From contig LSRY02000007.1 of assembly GCA_001643675.2 (NCBI GenBank), positions 1,860,001-1,924,000 on the forward strand: DNA of 64,000 bases. Reading direction: 5' to 3'. Below the pieces are notes generated by a model. The model ran no database searches. It saw only the letters and a list, made by a program, of their open reading frames with translations, and had not been told where the DNA came from. This document shows positions 44,793 to 57,300 of this stretch, piece by piece (the stretch's first letter is position 1; the number at the start of each line of letters is the position of its first letter). Made by a program: the position numbers and the translations under genes. The stretch comes from Monocercomonoides exilis PA203 (lineage: Eukaryota; Protista; Preaxostyla).

Positions 44793-47393
44793 TTATTTGT
44801 GTTGTGAAGGTATAGATAAAGAGGAATAACCTCCAACGGGATGATATGCAAGAGGGCATTGAGGATGCAGGCAAGTAAAGCATGGTGTTGTGGTTGTAGT
44901 CATAGAAGAAGAGGTATCTTTGCGCATATCATCGGGCATTGTTCCGCCGTTGAAGCAAGAAACACACACATTGTAGCCACGTGGCCTGGACGAGTAAGAA
45001 GACGAAGATGCAGAAGAAGAAGAAGAGGCAGTTGAGGAGGAACTTTCAGGAGTGACTGTAAGAACAGGATATTGGCAGATTAAGCAATAAGAAGGAGGCC
45101 GTTTGAGTGTGATTGAGCCAGTTTTCGGAAGAGGAAATGATGTCTGGCATTTCTCACAGATAGCCCCACGAATGGTGTATGTCTGTGAAGGTGTTGAGGA
45201 GGAAGAAGGAGAAGTTGAAGAAGAGGAAGAAGAAGAAGATGATGATGATGATGAAGAGGATGAAGAAGAAGGCAGAGTGACTGAGCACAGCTTCATCCAC
45301 TCTCCACACCTGGGGCAGTTACACAGCTGTGGATCAATCACTTCTGCATCGCCTGAGAGAAGACGTGATGTCCCACCCATCGAACGTGATGGTGCTGATG
45401 CATCTGACATTGTTCGTGCAATTTGTGAGATGTGCAGACTTTGGTCAGCATTTTCGATGTCTCCTTCTCTCTGCATGTGATGCCCTGTCCGCTTCAGCTC
45501 ATCGCCATCAGTCCCCTTGAACAGATCAAAGCCATCCTGCAGATATTCTCCAATGGAAAATCGGAGGCTGGAGAGACGCGAGTTCATCTTGTCGAAGGCA
45601 TTCTTCATCGTCGCCAGGCAGTCAGCAAGAACAGCATCCTTTGTGCGTGAACCAATGCTTATCCGCTTCAGATCTGCTTCCATCTGCGCCCGAAGATATG
45701 GACGAAACAGAGGCAGTCCAATCGAGTCATATGCATCCACAAGCGCTAGACCAAGCGGGGTTGGCTTGAAAGTATTGGTTTTCACATCCTTTTCTGCAAA
45801 CCGACGCTGCTGCACAACATCAATGTGCTGCGCAATTGTTGCATCTGTACCGATTCCTGTTTTGTCCATGATACTAATCAGCTCCGTTTCTGTCAGCAGC
45901 GGCGGTGCTGTTGTTTCTCCTTCTGCCAACTCCAGCAGACTTGGCTCAACCACGCTGCCTTCGTTGAAGAGAGGGATCTTCTTTCCACTCCACTTGTCGT
46001 ATGTGTACACTTCGAGATAGTTCCGCTCTAAAATCATGAGTCCCTTTGCAACAAACCTCTCAGCCCCAACAGATGCATGCACCACAGTTTCAGCACCAAG
46101 TGCGTCTTCAGAGCAACAAGCAAGAAAATGCCTGCAAACATAATCGTAAACTTTCCTTTCCTCTTCGTTCATTTCTCCCCTTCCACCTCCATCATCATCG
46201 CCACGTCCGCCTCCAGCAACTTTTGTTGGATGAATGGGCGGATGGGACTTATCATCATGCTGTCCTCTTCGTGGCTGTCTGTATTTCCCTTTCTCGAGCA
46301 ATCCTCGTGCGTATTCCCCCAACTGTGGATGATCTCCCATCATCTGGACAAGACGCCTGGTCTCTCTATCATCTCCAAAGGAATCCGTTTCTGTACGTGG
46401 ATACGAAATATACCCATTGTTGTACAAATGCTCAGCTACTGTCATCGTCTGCTGAGCAGACATTCTGAACAAAGATGCTGTTTGCTTCTGGAGAGTAACA
46501 GTGGTCAAGGGAAGTGGCTTCCACCTTCGTTTTTCTCGTTTTATTATTTTTGTAATTATTGCAGGACCGCTTTCACAACACACCTCAAATATGGCGCCAG
46601 CTATCAATCTGTCGTAAATTCGCTTCCTTTCCCAATTAAATTCAGCAATGTCTTCTCCCTCTTTTATCTGCATTTTGATGTACCAAAACGTTTCGGGTTG
46701 AAATTGAACATGCCTCCAATATCTTTCAACAATAAAACCAAGTGTTGGAAATTGACAAGGCCCATAAGATATAATCTGCTTATTGAGCTCAGGGAAATTT
46801 CGCTGAAGATATAAAGTTTGCATCCTTGTAAATGCAGAACCGATTCGAAGATCGATTTCAGATCTGACATCAACAGCTATTGAATCCAGTTCTCTAGGGA
46901 CATCTAATCTTTGTATTGCTTGCTGAATTTCGCGTGCAGTTACACTTGAAAAGCGTGCCCTTGATATTTCCATTGCTGGATTGACTTTCTTGCAGATTCC
47001 AATGACTTCATAAGAAATATTTTCACCTTCGCGATCACAATCAAGCCATAACAATAGCCATCTTGCATTTTTTGCTTCGTCTTCAAGCTGTTTTTTGATT
47101 GGCATAAGATTGTTTGCTCCTAATTTTTTTTCAATTCGAATATCAAACAAATCTCGAGGAAGGCAAGTAGACCACTTTGAGTACGGTGGTATAAATTCAT
47201 GTGTTAGTAAGTGCCCGACGACAGAAGTTACAACCAAATCAACATTTTGTCCTCTGATTTGGCAGCGTACATCATGTATTGCAGTTCCTGAACCTCTCCG
47301 TGGACGCGTTCGAAAATTACCACCCTGAGACAGTGCTTGAGCTATCGCAAGAGCAACCGATGGCTTCTCAGCAACTGCAAGGGCTTTAACCAT
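44793..47393 (-). CDS. TOP3: DNA topoisomerase III (alpha-like, type IA)
   Basis: TOPRIM VAEKPS and WLDCDREGENI, SYGPCQFPTLGF, catalytic GYISYPRTETD, HPPIHP and GIGTDAT. The C-terminal CxxC zinc ribbons are interrupted by poly-Ser. Confidence 0.96.
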   Translation of the reverse strand: MVKALAVAEKPSVALAIAQALSQGGNFRTRPRRGSGTAIHDVRCQIRGQNVDLVVTSVVGHLLTHEFIPPYSKWSTCLPRDLFDIRIEKKLGANNLMPIKKQLEDEAKNARWLLLWLDCDREGENISYEVIGICKKVNPAMEISRARFSSVTAREIQQAIQRLDVPRELDSIAVDVRSEIDLRIGSAFTRMQTLYLQRNFPELNKQIISYGPCQFPTLGFIVERYWRHVQFQPETFWYIKMQIKEGEDIAEFNWERKRIYDRLIAGAIFEVCCESGPAIITKIIKREKRRWKPLPLTTVTLQKQTASLFRMSAQQTMTVAEHLYNNGYISYPRTETDSFGDDRETRRLVQMMGDHPQLGEYARGLLEKGKYRQPRRGQHDDKSHPPIHPTKVAGGGRGDDDGGGRGEMNEEERKVYDYVCRHFLACCSEDALGAETVVHASVGAERFVAKGLMILERNYLEVYTYDKWSGKKIPLFNEGSVVEPSLLELAEGETTAPPLLTETELISIMDKTGIGTDATIAQHIDVVQQRRFAEKDVKTNTFKPTPLGLALVDAYDSIGLPLFRPYLRAQMEADLKRISIGSRTKDAVLADCLATMKNAFDKMNSRLSSLRFSIGEYLQDGFDLFKGTDGDELKRTGHHMQREGDIENADQSLHISQIARTMSDASAPSRSMGGTSRLLSGDAEVIDPQLCNCPRCGEWMKLCSVTLPSSSSSSSSSSSSSSSSSSTSPSSSSTPSQTYTIRGAICEKCQTSFPLPKTGSITLKRPPSYCLICQYPVLTVTPESSSSTASSSSSASSSSYSSRPRGYNVCVSCFNGGTMPDDMRKDTSSSMTTTTTPCFTCLHPQCPLAYHPVGGYSSLSIPSQHK

Positions 47394-47560
47394 CTTTGAG
47401 AAAAAAATAAGGGGAAGGATCTTTCTTTTTTATTGAATGGTCATGAATATGAAGAATATAAATTACCGATAAAAAATAGATACAATGAGCTGAATTTCAT
47501 TATAAGTACGAACAAAATGTGAAAAAAAAAGCAATCAAAAATTCGATATTATTTTTGCAA

Positions 47561-50500
47561 TCACTTACCAAAAACATTCTGAAGATTTTCCTCAATCCAT
47601 TGCTCAAAGCGCGTATAAAACTCATTGTCATTAATTTTGTCCGATTGAAATGCAAAATATGGCTGGGCAATCTCCACTTTGTCTTTGCTGAAGGGAGAAG
47701 GATCGCATATAACACGTGCAACGATAAGCTTAGTTTCCGATGAAGGAGCGACAGGTTCGATGTGAAAAGTGAGAGTGAAGATGGAAGGGATGGACGAGTG
47801 CGGCGGAGTAGACAGAGTGAGCGGGGGATGGCAGCTGACTGAGACAGACGGCTCTGTCTCGTCAATTTCGAAGGAGTCTTTTGTTGAGTAGCGCTTTGTT
47901 CCATTTGAGAGGTTGTCGTCATTCTCTTCTTCTTCATTGAAGAAGCGAATGGGAAACAAGCAAGAAATGAAGGACGGCTCAGGATGGGCAACGATCTTCT
48001 TCTTCTTTCCTTTCCCTTCCTCTTCATAAACCTCATTTTTGGCCATGTCATCTGCGTCAAAATGTCTCTTCTCGCCGCTCACGAAAAATGACATGTTCAA
48101 TTCGGGATGCTCTTTTTTGAACTTTTCTGTGAATTTATTCGCAGTTTTTCTGGCAATCTTCTTCATTTTGTTGTTGGTTTTCCAGATGCGATGCACAACA
48201 TCTGCGCCATCTGAATTTTGCGGTGCTGTCTTGTTCTTTTCTTCAGTTTGTGTGTACACAACGCCTTTGTCTGTCTGATTTGCTGTCATATTTGCAGGAT
48301 TCACTCCTTCAAACGCCACATCTGCTGAAAGAGACGTTACAGAAGCGAAAAATCTTTGTTGTGCTCCGACAATTGTTGCATACAGCGGATAGAGCGAAGA
48401 CATGGAGCTGCTCTGTGCAACAGCAAGAGTGTTGAAGAAATATGGGGATGTTGTGGATGTCACACCAGAAGCAGACGAATGCGAAGGAAGTGTCGGATCA
48501 AGGAGAGAAAGAGGAAGCACGTGAAAGTGCAGAAGGATGGCAGAGGACAGAATCTGAGCCATCGGCTCGTTTAACGAGGGAAACGGCTCAATTGACAAGA
48601 ATTGGTCGATAAACCAGGCGCACAGCATTGACGGTGTAAACTGTGCTTTGCCAATTGTGCTGCTGCTATTCGTCCACCACCACGAATCGATTTCATCAAT
48701 ATACTGAACTGTCTTCTCAAGCAGCTGGCTAACAAGGTCTGAGATAGAATTCTTCTCAGGATCTGCATGCAACTCTGCGAAGACAGCAACACGACTTTTG
48801 GCCAACTTGCTCTTTTCCTCTTTTCGTTCATTGGCACATTTCATGATAAACGCCTGCGATGCATTCTGCGTCTTAATCACATCGACGCATGTTGTCTTTG
48901 AGGAGCTGTCTGTTTTGTTCTGTGAAAGTTCCGAAAATGCCTCTTCTTCGTCCAAAACAGGAAGCAGTCTGTCGTTCCGTCGTGTCTTCCACTTCCCACG
49001 CTCCATCGACGTCAAAAAGGAGACATTGTAATTTGGATTATACACAAAGTGGAATGGTGCTGTATTTGTGATAGTTTGATGCAAAGTTAGCACAAATTGA
49101 TCTGAGAGTACCTTCTTAATTCCGTCAGATGAATTTGGATAAGATGACTCTTGTTCATTCTGTTCCTCTGCCAAGAGATTCACAACATCAACAATCGCAT
49201 TGAAATAGTCAATGATGATCAGCATCGCTTTGTCTGGATGAGTAATCAGTGCTGGCTTGTTCCCTCGTTCCATTGCTGATTTCTGGTGCGTATCAAGTTC
49301 AACTCTTTCAAACAGCACTTCAATGTTCTCTTCAGTCAGCGCATTTAAATCTCCTCTTGTGAGCTGCTTGTCTGCTTCTGCATCATTCTTCTTCTCAAAT
49401 ATCTCTTTTGATATCTGAGATGCACTCGACACAAACCCTTGCTCTTCGTCTTCTTCATTTTGTGTTTCTTTTTGTGTCTTTTTCTCTGTTCTCTGTTGTG
49501 AAGCCTCTGAATGTTTGAATTCTTCTTTCAGCTGGCTTGCGGCTGCTTTGAGCTGCTGCTCATCCATTTTCTCTTTCAGCTCAGTCACTTTCTTCTGAAG
49601 CCTGTCTTTGCGCCCATTCTTAAATTCTGATCTTTGCGTTGTCATGTTCTGCATTATATTCATCTCATTCTCCATCACTTCCTCCAAAACAGTCACTCCT
49701 TTCATCATTTCTCTTTGTCTGGCTTTTGACGAAGTCTCACTTGCATCTCCCTCAGCAGTATTCCCTGTGCTGCTTCCTGCTAACAGACTGGAAGGAATTC
49801 CTGTGTACTGCTGGAAGATAAATGGCTGCTTTTCGCGGGTGACAGAAGAAATGTGCAGGAGAGAGCGGATGATTCGCTCGTGTTGGTGTCCATCGACTGG
49901 AAGGATGATGCCATGTGCCACAGCCAAATTCACTGCGAGATGGGCAATCAGATACTCCTGCTGCTGGAACACTGATGAAAGAGAAGTACGAGCGGACACA
50001 TCTTTCAATAGATTTGAAGAAGATGCTTTGAACAGAGAATCAATTGCCTCGTCATTTGTAACATTTACAAACTCTCCGTTGTGAGAGTTCACCCAACTGC
50101 TCATATTTTTGACAGAACTCTTTATGATTTCTGCGTTTGCTGGCTGCGTCCCTTCTGGAATAATTTTCTCTGCAATGAGTTTCCAGTTGTCTGGTGTTGG
50201 TATTGGGCAGTGTGGCAGCAATGATGGATTCATAATACCTGTTTTGTTGATCTCTTTTCTCAATTCAAATTCGTTTGAGATGATTCGATCAGTCATTCTG
50301 CTGTAGTCTTCTTTTGTTTTCAACGAATATGGAAGCGGCATGTAAATTGATGTCAATGGCTGCGAAACAAAAGGAAGGTTCTTTAAAACCGAGTTCTGAT
50401 AATTGTGATTCGTCTGATAAATCTTTCTGAAGTCAGTCAGAAAACTGGAAAGCTTATTTGTTTTGAGCAAAGGATTTTTTGATGGAATTTCTCTTATGGA

Positions 50501-51156
50501 ATCTTGTGAAAGTGGGCGAATTTTTTCAAATTTCCTCAAAACAAATGAATCATTCAGAGAATTAAAGTATTCGTCAATTTCATTGTGGATGTTTTTTCTT
50601 GTTTCAATTTGACTCTTAAGATATGCTGTTATTTGCTGAAATTGTGGATCATTTGTTAATTGATTGCTCAGCTGCATTTATGTAACAAACATAAATTTCC
50701 AGAAATAATAAATTTGATATCAATTAATTCAATTCAAACCTTCTGAGAAAGCTCATATGCTTTTGACATGTCATTTAGCTGAATTGCAGCTTGCATTTTA
50801 GCCATGATAGATCGAGCTGAATTTGGTTCTAACTGAGATAAGTGCTCAGAAATCCAATACATTCGAAAAGCTTGTTCGCCTTCTGCTGCAGCTGTAAATT
50901 CTTCAAATGTGTTGTTTGCCTCTGACGTTTCTTGAATTCTTGGAATGGTTGCTCTTTGCTTTGGAGAATGTTTCTTTGATGAATTCCATATTCCACTTAC
51001 GACTAAATATGTTGTCAAAGCAGACAAAATCACAATTGTAATGATTGCTTGCTTTGATATCTTTGACTTTTTTTTCTGTCTGTGCGCAATTTTTGATCTT
51101 ATATCAGTTTTTTTTGGGTGAAGTTTGTTACTGCTCTGTTTTGACTTTGGAGGCAT
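47561..51156 (-). CDS. Type II membrane protein (~1175 aa): TM, TPR-like repeat, two degenerate Fic-like motifs
   Basis: ORFs 50734-51156 and 47561-50677 join in frame through a 68-nt GT-AG intron (50672-50739). A basic N-tail precedes the TM segment IITIVILSALTTYLVVSGIW. Fic-like segments: AHGIILPVDGHQHERIIRSLL and AWFIDQFLSIEPFPSLNEPMAQILSSAILL. Confidence 0.7.
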
Positions 51157-51375
51157 TGTAAAGAAATAAATAAGGGTAACAAAAACTTCTAAATATATAC
51201 GAATTCAAAAAGGAAGCTCATACTGCAATTAAAAGCAATCACATTATCACACAAAAACTTTTATGAATATCCAAAAAGTTTGTAAAATAAAAAGCAAAAA
51301 AATAAAAAAAAAAATAATTTTTTTGAAAATTGAAAAAATAAATTAGAAATTACTCAAAGCATTGACTGAATATCA

Positions 51376-54300
51376 CTAAGAACGAGGCTCGCTGCTTGAA
51401 CGCTGTTTTCTCGAAGAAGCAAAAGAACGAGCTTGAAGCTTTGCAGAAAAGCCCTGACGATGCAACAAATACCTTGGGGAATTGTGCTGAGTCAACTTAC
51501 TTCGAGATGCAGAAGAAGACTTTGATAGAAGATTTCTGTGAGGAGAGGCAGAAAGAGAAGGATGGGCTGTTTTCTGCTTCTGTTGTTCGTAGAGTGAATA
51601 AGAAGGCAACTGGGAAGAGATGGCAGGGGCAGGAACAGAAGCAGTGTCCCCTGTGTGTGCAAAGGGAGGGTTAACTACATACGAAGGATGTGAAGTGGAT
51701 GGATGAATTGGATTGGAAGGAAGAGGAAGAGAAGGAGGAAGAGAAGAAGGAAGAGAGAGAGAAGGGTGTGTGGGTGTCTGGTGAAGTGGCTGTTGAGAGG
51801 GCTGAGGGGAAGAGAAGAAAGGCTGCTGCTCATAGACAGAGGGAGTAAAGGGGAGAGGGTGTGAGGAGGAAGAGGAGGAGGAGGAAGAAGAGGAAGAAGA
51901 GATATCTGAAGAAGAAGAAGAAGAAATAGAAGAAATAGAAGGCAGCGAATATGCTCTGTGAATGGAGTGAGGAGAAACCTGTACATTGCAATTGACATTG
52001 TCATTTCCGAAGACAGAAGGAAGATCAGAGCAGCTGGTGGGTGTTTCAGATGAAGAAGATGATGATAATGAAGAGGAGGAGGAAGAGGAATAAGAAGAAG
52101 AGGAGGAAGAAAGAGAAGAAGAAGAAGAAGTTGAAGGTATTGTACTATCAGCTGATTGAGGAGGCTGCTGTGTCAGAAGAGGAAGAGTGGTGTCTGCCAT
52201 CTTGTTGAGGTGGCGTGTGCGAGGGAGAGCATAAACATTCTGAATGGAAGGGAAGGAGGAATTAGACATACTGTTGCTGTTGATTGGCTGTGCTGTTGAT
52301 GATGCTGATGATGATGATGACAGAGAAAGAGAATCTAAATGTGATGCTTCTATTGTTGAATGGTTGATTGGAGAGAGGGATGTAGAAGTAGCATCAGAGG
52401 AAGAAGAGGAAGAGAGAGATATTTGCTGGTGATCAATTGAAGAGGAAGGGGAGGAAGACAAAGAAGAATGATGAGGAGATTGTGTATCTGTAGAAGAAGA
52501 AGATGTTGAAGTCCCTTGTGGCTGAACTGAATCCATTCCCTGTGAATTCTGCTGAGTACAATTCATCTGCTCATTAGAAGAAGCAGAAGAAGAAGAAGAA
52601 GAAGAAGAAGAAGAGCTTGTCTGTGACACAAAGATTGGCATCTGCTGTGTTGGCACCACTTGTCTTCTATGCATCTCGCTCTGCACATTCGGCAGTGTTG
52701 CTGAAAGAGAAGTAATTCCTCTTCTTCTTCTGTTCTGTCTGCGCTGCTTCATCTCGTCAAACTGCAAAACCGGCCGGCGCAGCCCGAACGAGAAGCGCGG
52801 GGCTACAATTTCTGGTCTCTTCAGCGGAGAAGAGGAATTTGTGTGGTTGATTCTTCTCTGTTGATACTGCTGCTGTTGCATGAAGGAGGATCTGCCTTGT
52901 GTTGTGTAGTGTATCAGAGAGGGAACATACGTCTTCTGCTCATCTTCTCCTTCTCCAAATGGACGAGAATGTGTGGCTCCTTTTGGGGTGCTTTGTGCTT
53001 CGAATCTATTTTGATTGGCACTCTCAAATTGAACTTTGTTGTCTGTCTGTTCTGTTTTGCTATCACCTCCATCATTTGTGAAAGTGCTGGTTGTTTTGTT
53101 CTCATTCAATTCACTTCCACCTCCTTTTCCTCCTCCTCTTTCTCTCTCCTCCATCACAACATCCATCTTCCCTTCTCCTTGTCTCCCTTCTCTCAAACAC
53201 TCATCCCTCTCTCTTGCTTTGCTCCTTTCTCTCTCTCCACCCAAACCAGCATCCCTCTCCTGCTGCCTTCCTCTGCTCTGCTGTTGAATCACTCCTTCTT
53301 TCTCCACTGGCATTTCAGGTGTGCTTGGCTCATACAGCGTCTGCAGCCTCTCTCCTTTCACCAGCTGCGTCTGCCCTGCATACGAAGGGGCAAAAGAAGC
53401 AGCAGGCGAATAAGAAGGAGAATAAGAAGGAGAATAGCCAGGTGTATAAGAAGGTGTATAAGAAGAAGGAGATGCATTGAGCGAGGCTGTTGGAGAAGAC
53501 AAAGGAGAAGGCGTGGGCGAAGGCGTTGGGGAGGTCACCACAGACGGAGAGGACTCAACTGGCGATGAGGGATAACCAGCCAGTGTAAGAATCGCCTCCA
53601 GCGCTGCTTCATCTGCCAGCGTCTCTGACCGCAGCGGCGTCAGCCTCTGTGATGCGACATACCCCAGCCTCTCCTCCTCCTTCTTCTGCCTCTCCTTCTC
53701 CTTCCTCTTCTCCCTCCGCTCTGTCCACACCTGCACCCCCCGCAGCTCTTCCTGCACAGATGGCTCAGGAAACTTCTCATCGGGTGTGTTGGAGAACACC
53801 TCATTCAACGCCCTCAGCACAGCCTCATTGAACAAATAGAGACTTTCTCTGCTGACATCGCTGGTGAGTGAATCAGATGCCATTTCAGATGAATTTGCTG
53901 TGTTTATTGTGTTTATTCCTTCGTGTGAATGATAGCTAATAGAATTGGATGCACTCACAATGGCTGTGCTGTTATCATTTCTTTCTTCAGATTGAGCAGC
54001 ATGGATTGCAGACAGCGCAGATGTTGATGGAAGAAGAGGGATGAAGAAGGACTTTGTGTAATCTGGAAGAAGGAGCACAGAAATATCATGGGCAGAGTTG
54101 ATGAGGGAGGAAAGAGTGTTCTTCAGAGACAGATGAGGAGATGAATACGATGCAATTGAGTCTTCTTTGTCTTTCTCTTTGTTTGTTTCATCTTCTTTGA
54201 TTATGTTTGTGTTTGTATTTGTATTTGTGTCAATGTGAATATTTTCTTTGCCTGAAGACATTTCACAGCGCTTGCTGTACGCAAACACAGCGCGAGAGAA

Positions 54301-57300
54301 TGCGTTGATGTCCGAAGGAACACACAGCCTGTCTGAAAGGAGGAAGAGCGATGGATAAGTTGAGAGGGCAGCAGATGTGTTCAGATAATACGAGGCCTTT
54401 GAAGTAGAGACACGAGATGCAGAAGACAGGAAAGAGGATGTCTGAGTGGGTATAAGCACATCTTCGGAGGATGTGGTTGATAAATCACTGGATTCGGAAT
54501 TTTCGTCATCTTCATTGCTTTCTCTTTCAATGTTATGTTTGCTAGTTCTATTTGAATGATCTGAGTGATTCTCCTTCTGTTTGTGAGAAATAGAATTTGA
54601 TTGTCCTTGTACTTGTGTTTGTGTTTCTGTTACTTCACCCGTCATATCTGAACATTCTTCACTTGAATTTTTCCCTCTCCTGTGCGAATGAGACAGACAA
54701 GCAGAAGAAAGAAGCATTTCGTCTGACTCATTAAAGGAGAAGAAAGAGGAGTCGCTGTCCCATTGACTCGAAAATGTGTCTTTGGATTCTTCATCTGCTG
54801 TGTTCCCTGCTGATGTTACTGATGATGCTGATGCAATTGATGCTGATGATGATGATGTGACTGTTGTTGTATTGGCTGGCTCCTCTTCCATTCGACCATC
54901 GCATTTACACCCACTCTCTTCACTTCCCTCAAATTGATGATGCTTCTGCTGCTGTTTCGCACGTAATTTTTCCCTCTTCTTCTCTTTCCTCTCTTTCCTC
55001 TCCTTCTTCCTCTTCATCCTCTCCTCCATCTCTCTCTCAGCATCCTCCGCAGCCATCCTCAGAAACGCTGCATTAGACAGCCTGGTGGAAGTTGGGTGGT
55101 GTCCCGTTGAGGGAGAAGTGAGTGGATGAGTGAAGAGCACAAGAGAAAGAGGGTCATCAAGCATTGCTCGTTGGAAGCGTTCATCACCTGGCCGCACAAC
55201 AGACGAGACAGTCCAAAAGGGAATGTCTTCTTTTGCTTTCCTTTCAGAGGGGAGATGGCTGTGGGTATGCTGATGATTGTGGTTGTGATGATGATGATGA
55301 TGATGATGAGTGTGTTGCTTCTGTTGTTGTTGCTGCTGCTGCTGGACATTGGAATAGATGGAGATCTCACCAGGAAGCAGAGAAGAAGGCGAAGACGAAG
55401 ATGAAGAAGATGAAGAGGATGAAGAAGATACCTCTTCATCCTGCTGCTCTGTCGACTTGTTCTCTTCATTCATTCGCAGATATTCATCGCCTGACAGACG
55501 AGACACAACAAGAATGAGTCTGTTCTCTATCTCTCTTATCTTCGCATCTCGCCACTCTCTCCGCTGCCGCTGCTGCCTCTTTGCACGTTGGAACCTCTTT
55601 CGCATCTTCTCTGAACAGATGGACGGAATAATCGCTGTGTTCTCTATTGGTTTTGATAAGTGTTGAATGGAAGAAGAAGAAGATGATGATGATGATGATG
55701 ATTGAGAATGAGTATGAGTGTGAGTAATATCAGTTGCTTTGCTTATCATATGCTTTCCATTTGTGTCCATCCACTCCTTCACTCTTGCCCTGTGCTTCTC
55801 TTCCCTCTGCTGGCTGTACTTTGCCCACTCGTCTTCGCGCACATCGCAGCCGACAGGGAGGAAGATGGAGCCAGAGGAAGAGAGGCGGAGGAGAGGGTCA
55901 TCATGATGAGGGATGCAGCACACAGGGCAGATGGGGACAACACCGCTGGTGCTGAGGCCGATGGGGAGAGGGGGGAGAGAGGATGGATGGGAAGAGGAGG
56001 AGGAAGAGGAAGAAGAAGAGGAGTTGATGTCTGAAGATGAATGAAGAGGAATAGCTGATGCAGAAGAGTGTGCAACTGGCGCAAATAAAGAAGGTTTTGT
56101 GTTGTTTGAAGAAGCATTTGAAGAGTTTTGCATTTCATGAATGCTTGTTGCTTGTTCTGACATCACGTTTTGTATTGTTGTTGAATTAGTTGTTGTTGTT
56201 CCATCAGATGCAGCTGACACATTTGCCTTCTGCTGCTCCTCTTCAACATCCATCTGCTCAGACGATGTGTCCTGCTCTGTATTTGACTGTGCCTCTCTTC
56301 TCCTCTTCCTCCGCCTTCTGCTTCTTCTGCTCTTCGCATTCGCCTCCTCCTCCCTCAGCAGCCGTCTCTTCTCTTTCTTCCTCCTCTTCTCCTCCATCCG
56401 CCTTTTGTGCTTCCGAATCGCTTTTTCTTCTCTCTTCTCTCTCGCAGCAACTGCAGCAGGGCTTCCACAGGTGCAGAAGAAGCGCAGCCTCAGCCACTCC
56501 CACAGAAGAAGATCTTCGTGTGAGGGTGAATTCATCAGAGGAAGAAGAGAAGAAGGAGATGGAAGAGATGGTGGTTGATCAATGTGCATAGCACATTCTT
56601 GTGTGTTCTCTTCTTCTATGTCCATATCATACTCATTCTTTTCCTTCTTCTTCTCTCCTTCTCCTTCTCCTTTTCTTCCTTCTCCTTCTCTTCCTTCTCC
56701 TTCTCTTCTTCTTCTTCTTCCATACAGTTCTGCAGCCATTTCAGTCATCTGGCAGAGTGTGTCGCTCTGCATGTCCATGTTCTGAGGGCATCCATACAAT
56801 GGCACGTTGAATGGCGTTGGGAATATCCTCATCCATCCGCCTCGTCTGGCATGCTCTTCTTCACACTGGATGAGGGTGATGCGGTCAGAGTCACTCAGAG
56901 AAGAGATGAAGCTGTCAGCAGAGCGCAGAGGAGGGGCAAAGGGAGATGGGGAGAGGTGGAGGAAGGAAGAGGAAGAAACTGATGAATTTGTAAATGTTGG
57001 TGAAGACGTTGTTGTTGAGGTGGGTGATTGTGAATGGGGTGATGGTTGAGATGAAAGAGGATGTATTGAAGGCAGAGAAGGAACATTGAAAGAAGAAGAA
57101 GAAGATGGAAAAGAAGAGGAAATGTTTGATTGTTGTGCATCTGCTGCATTGAGAATAGGTGAATTTGCAGGAGATGTTTGGAATGAGCTGTTGTATCCAT
57201 CTTTGTTTGTTCCCCTTTTGACAGCATAAATTTTGTTCTGCGAGAAAATTGGCAGGCCAGACGCTGTTTTGTTAGCCATTTCAGCATTCTTCTCGTCACC

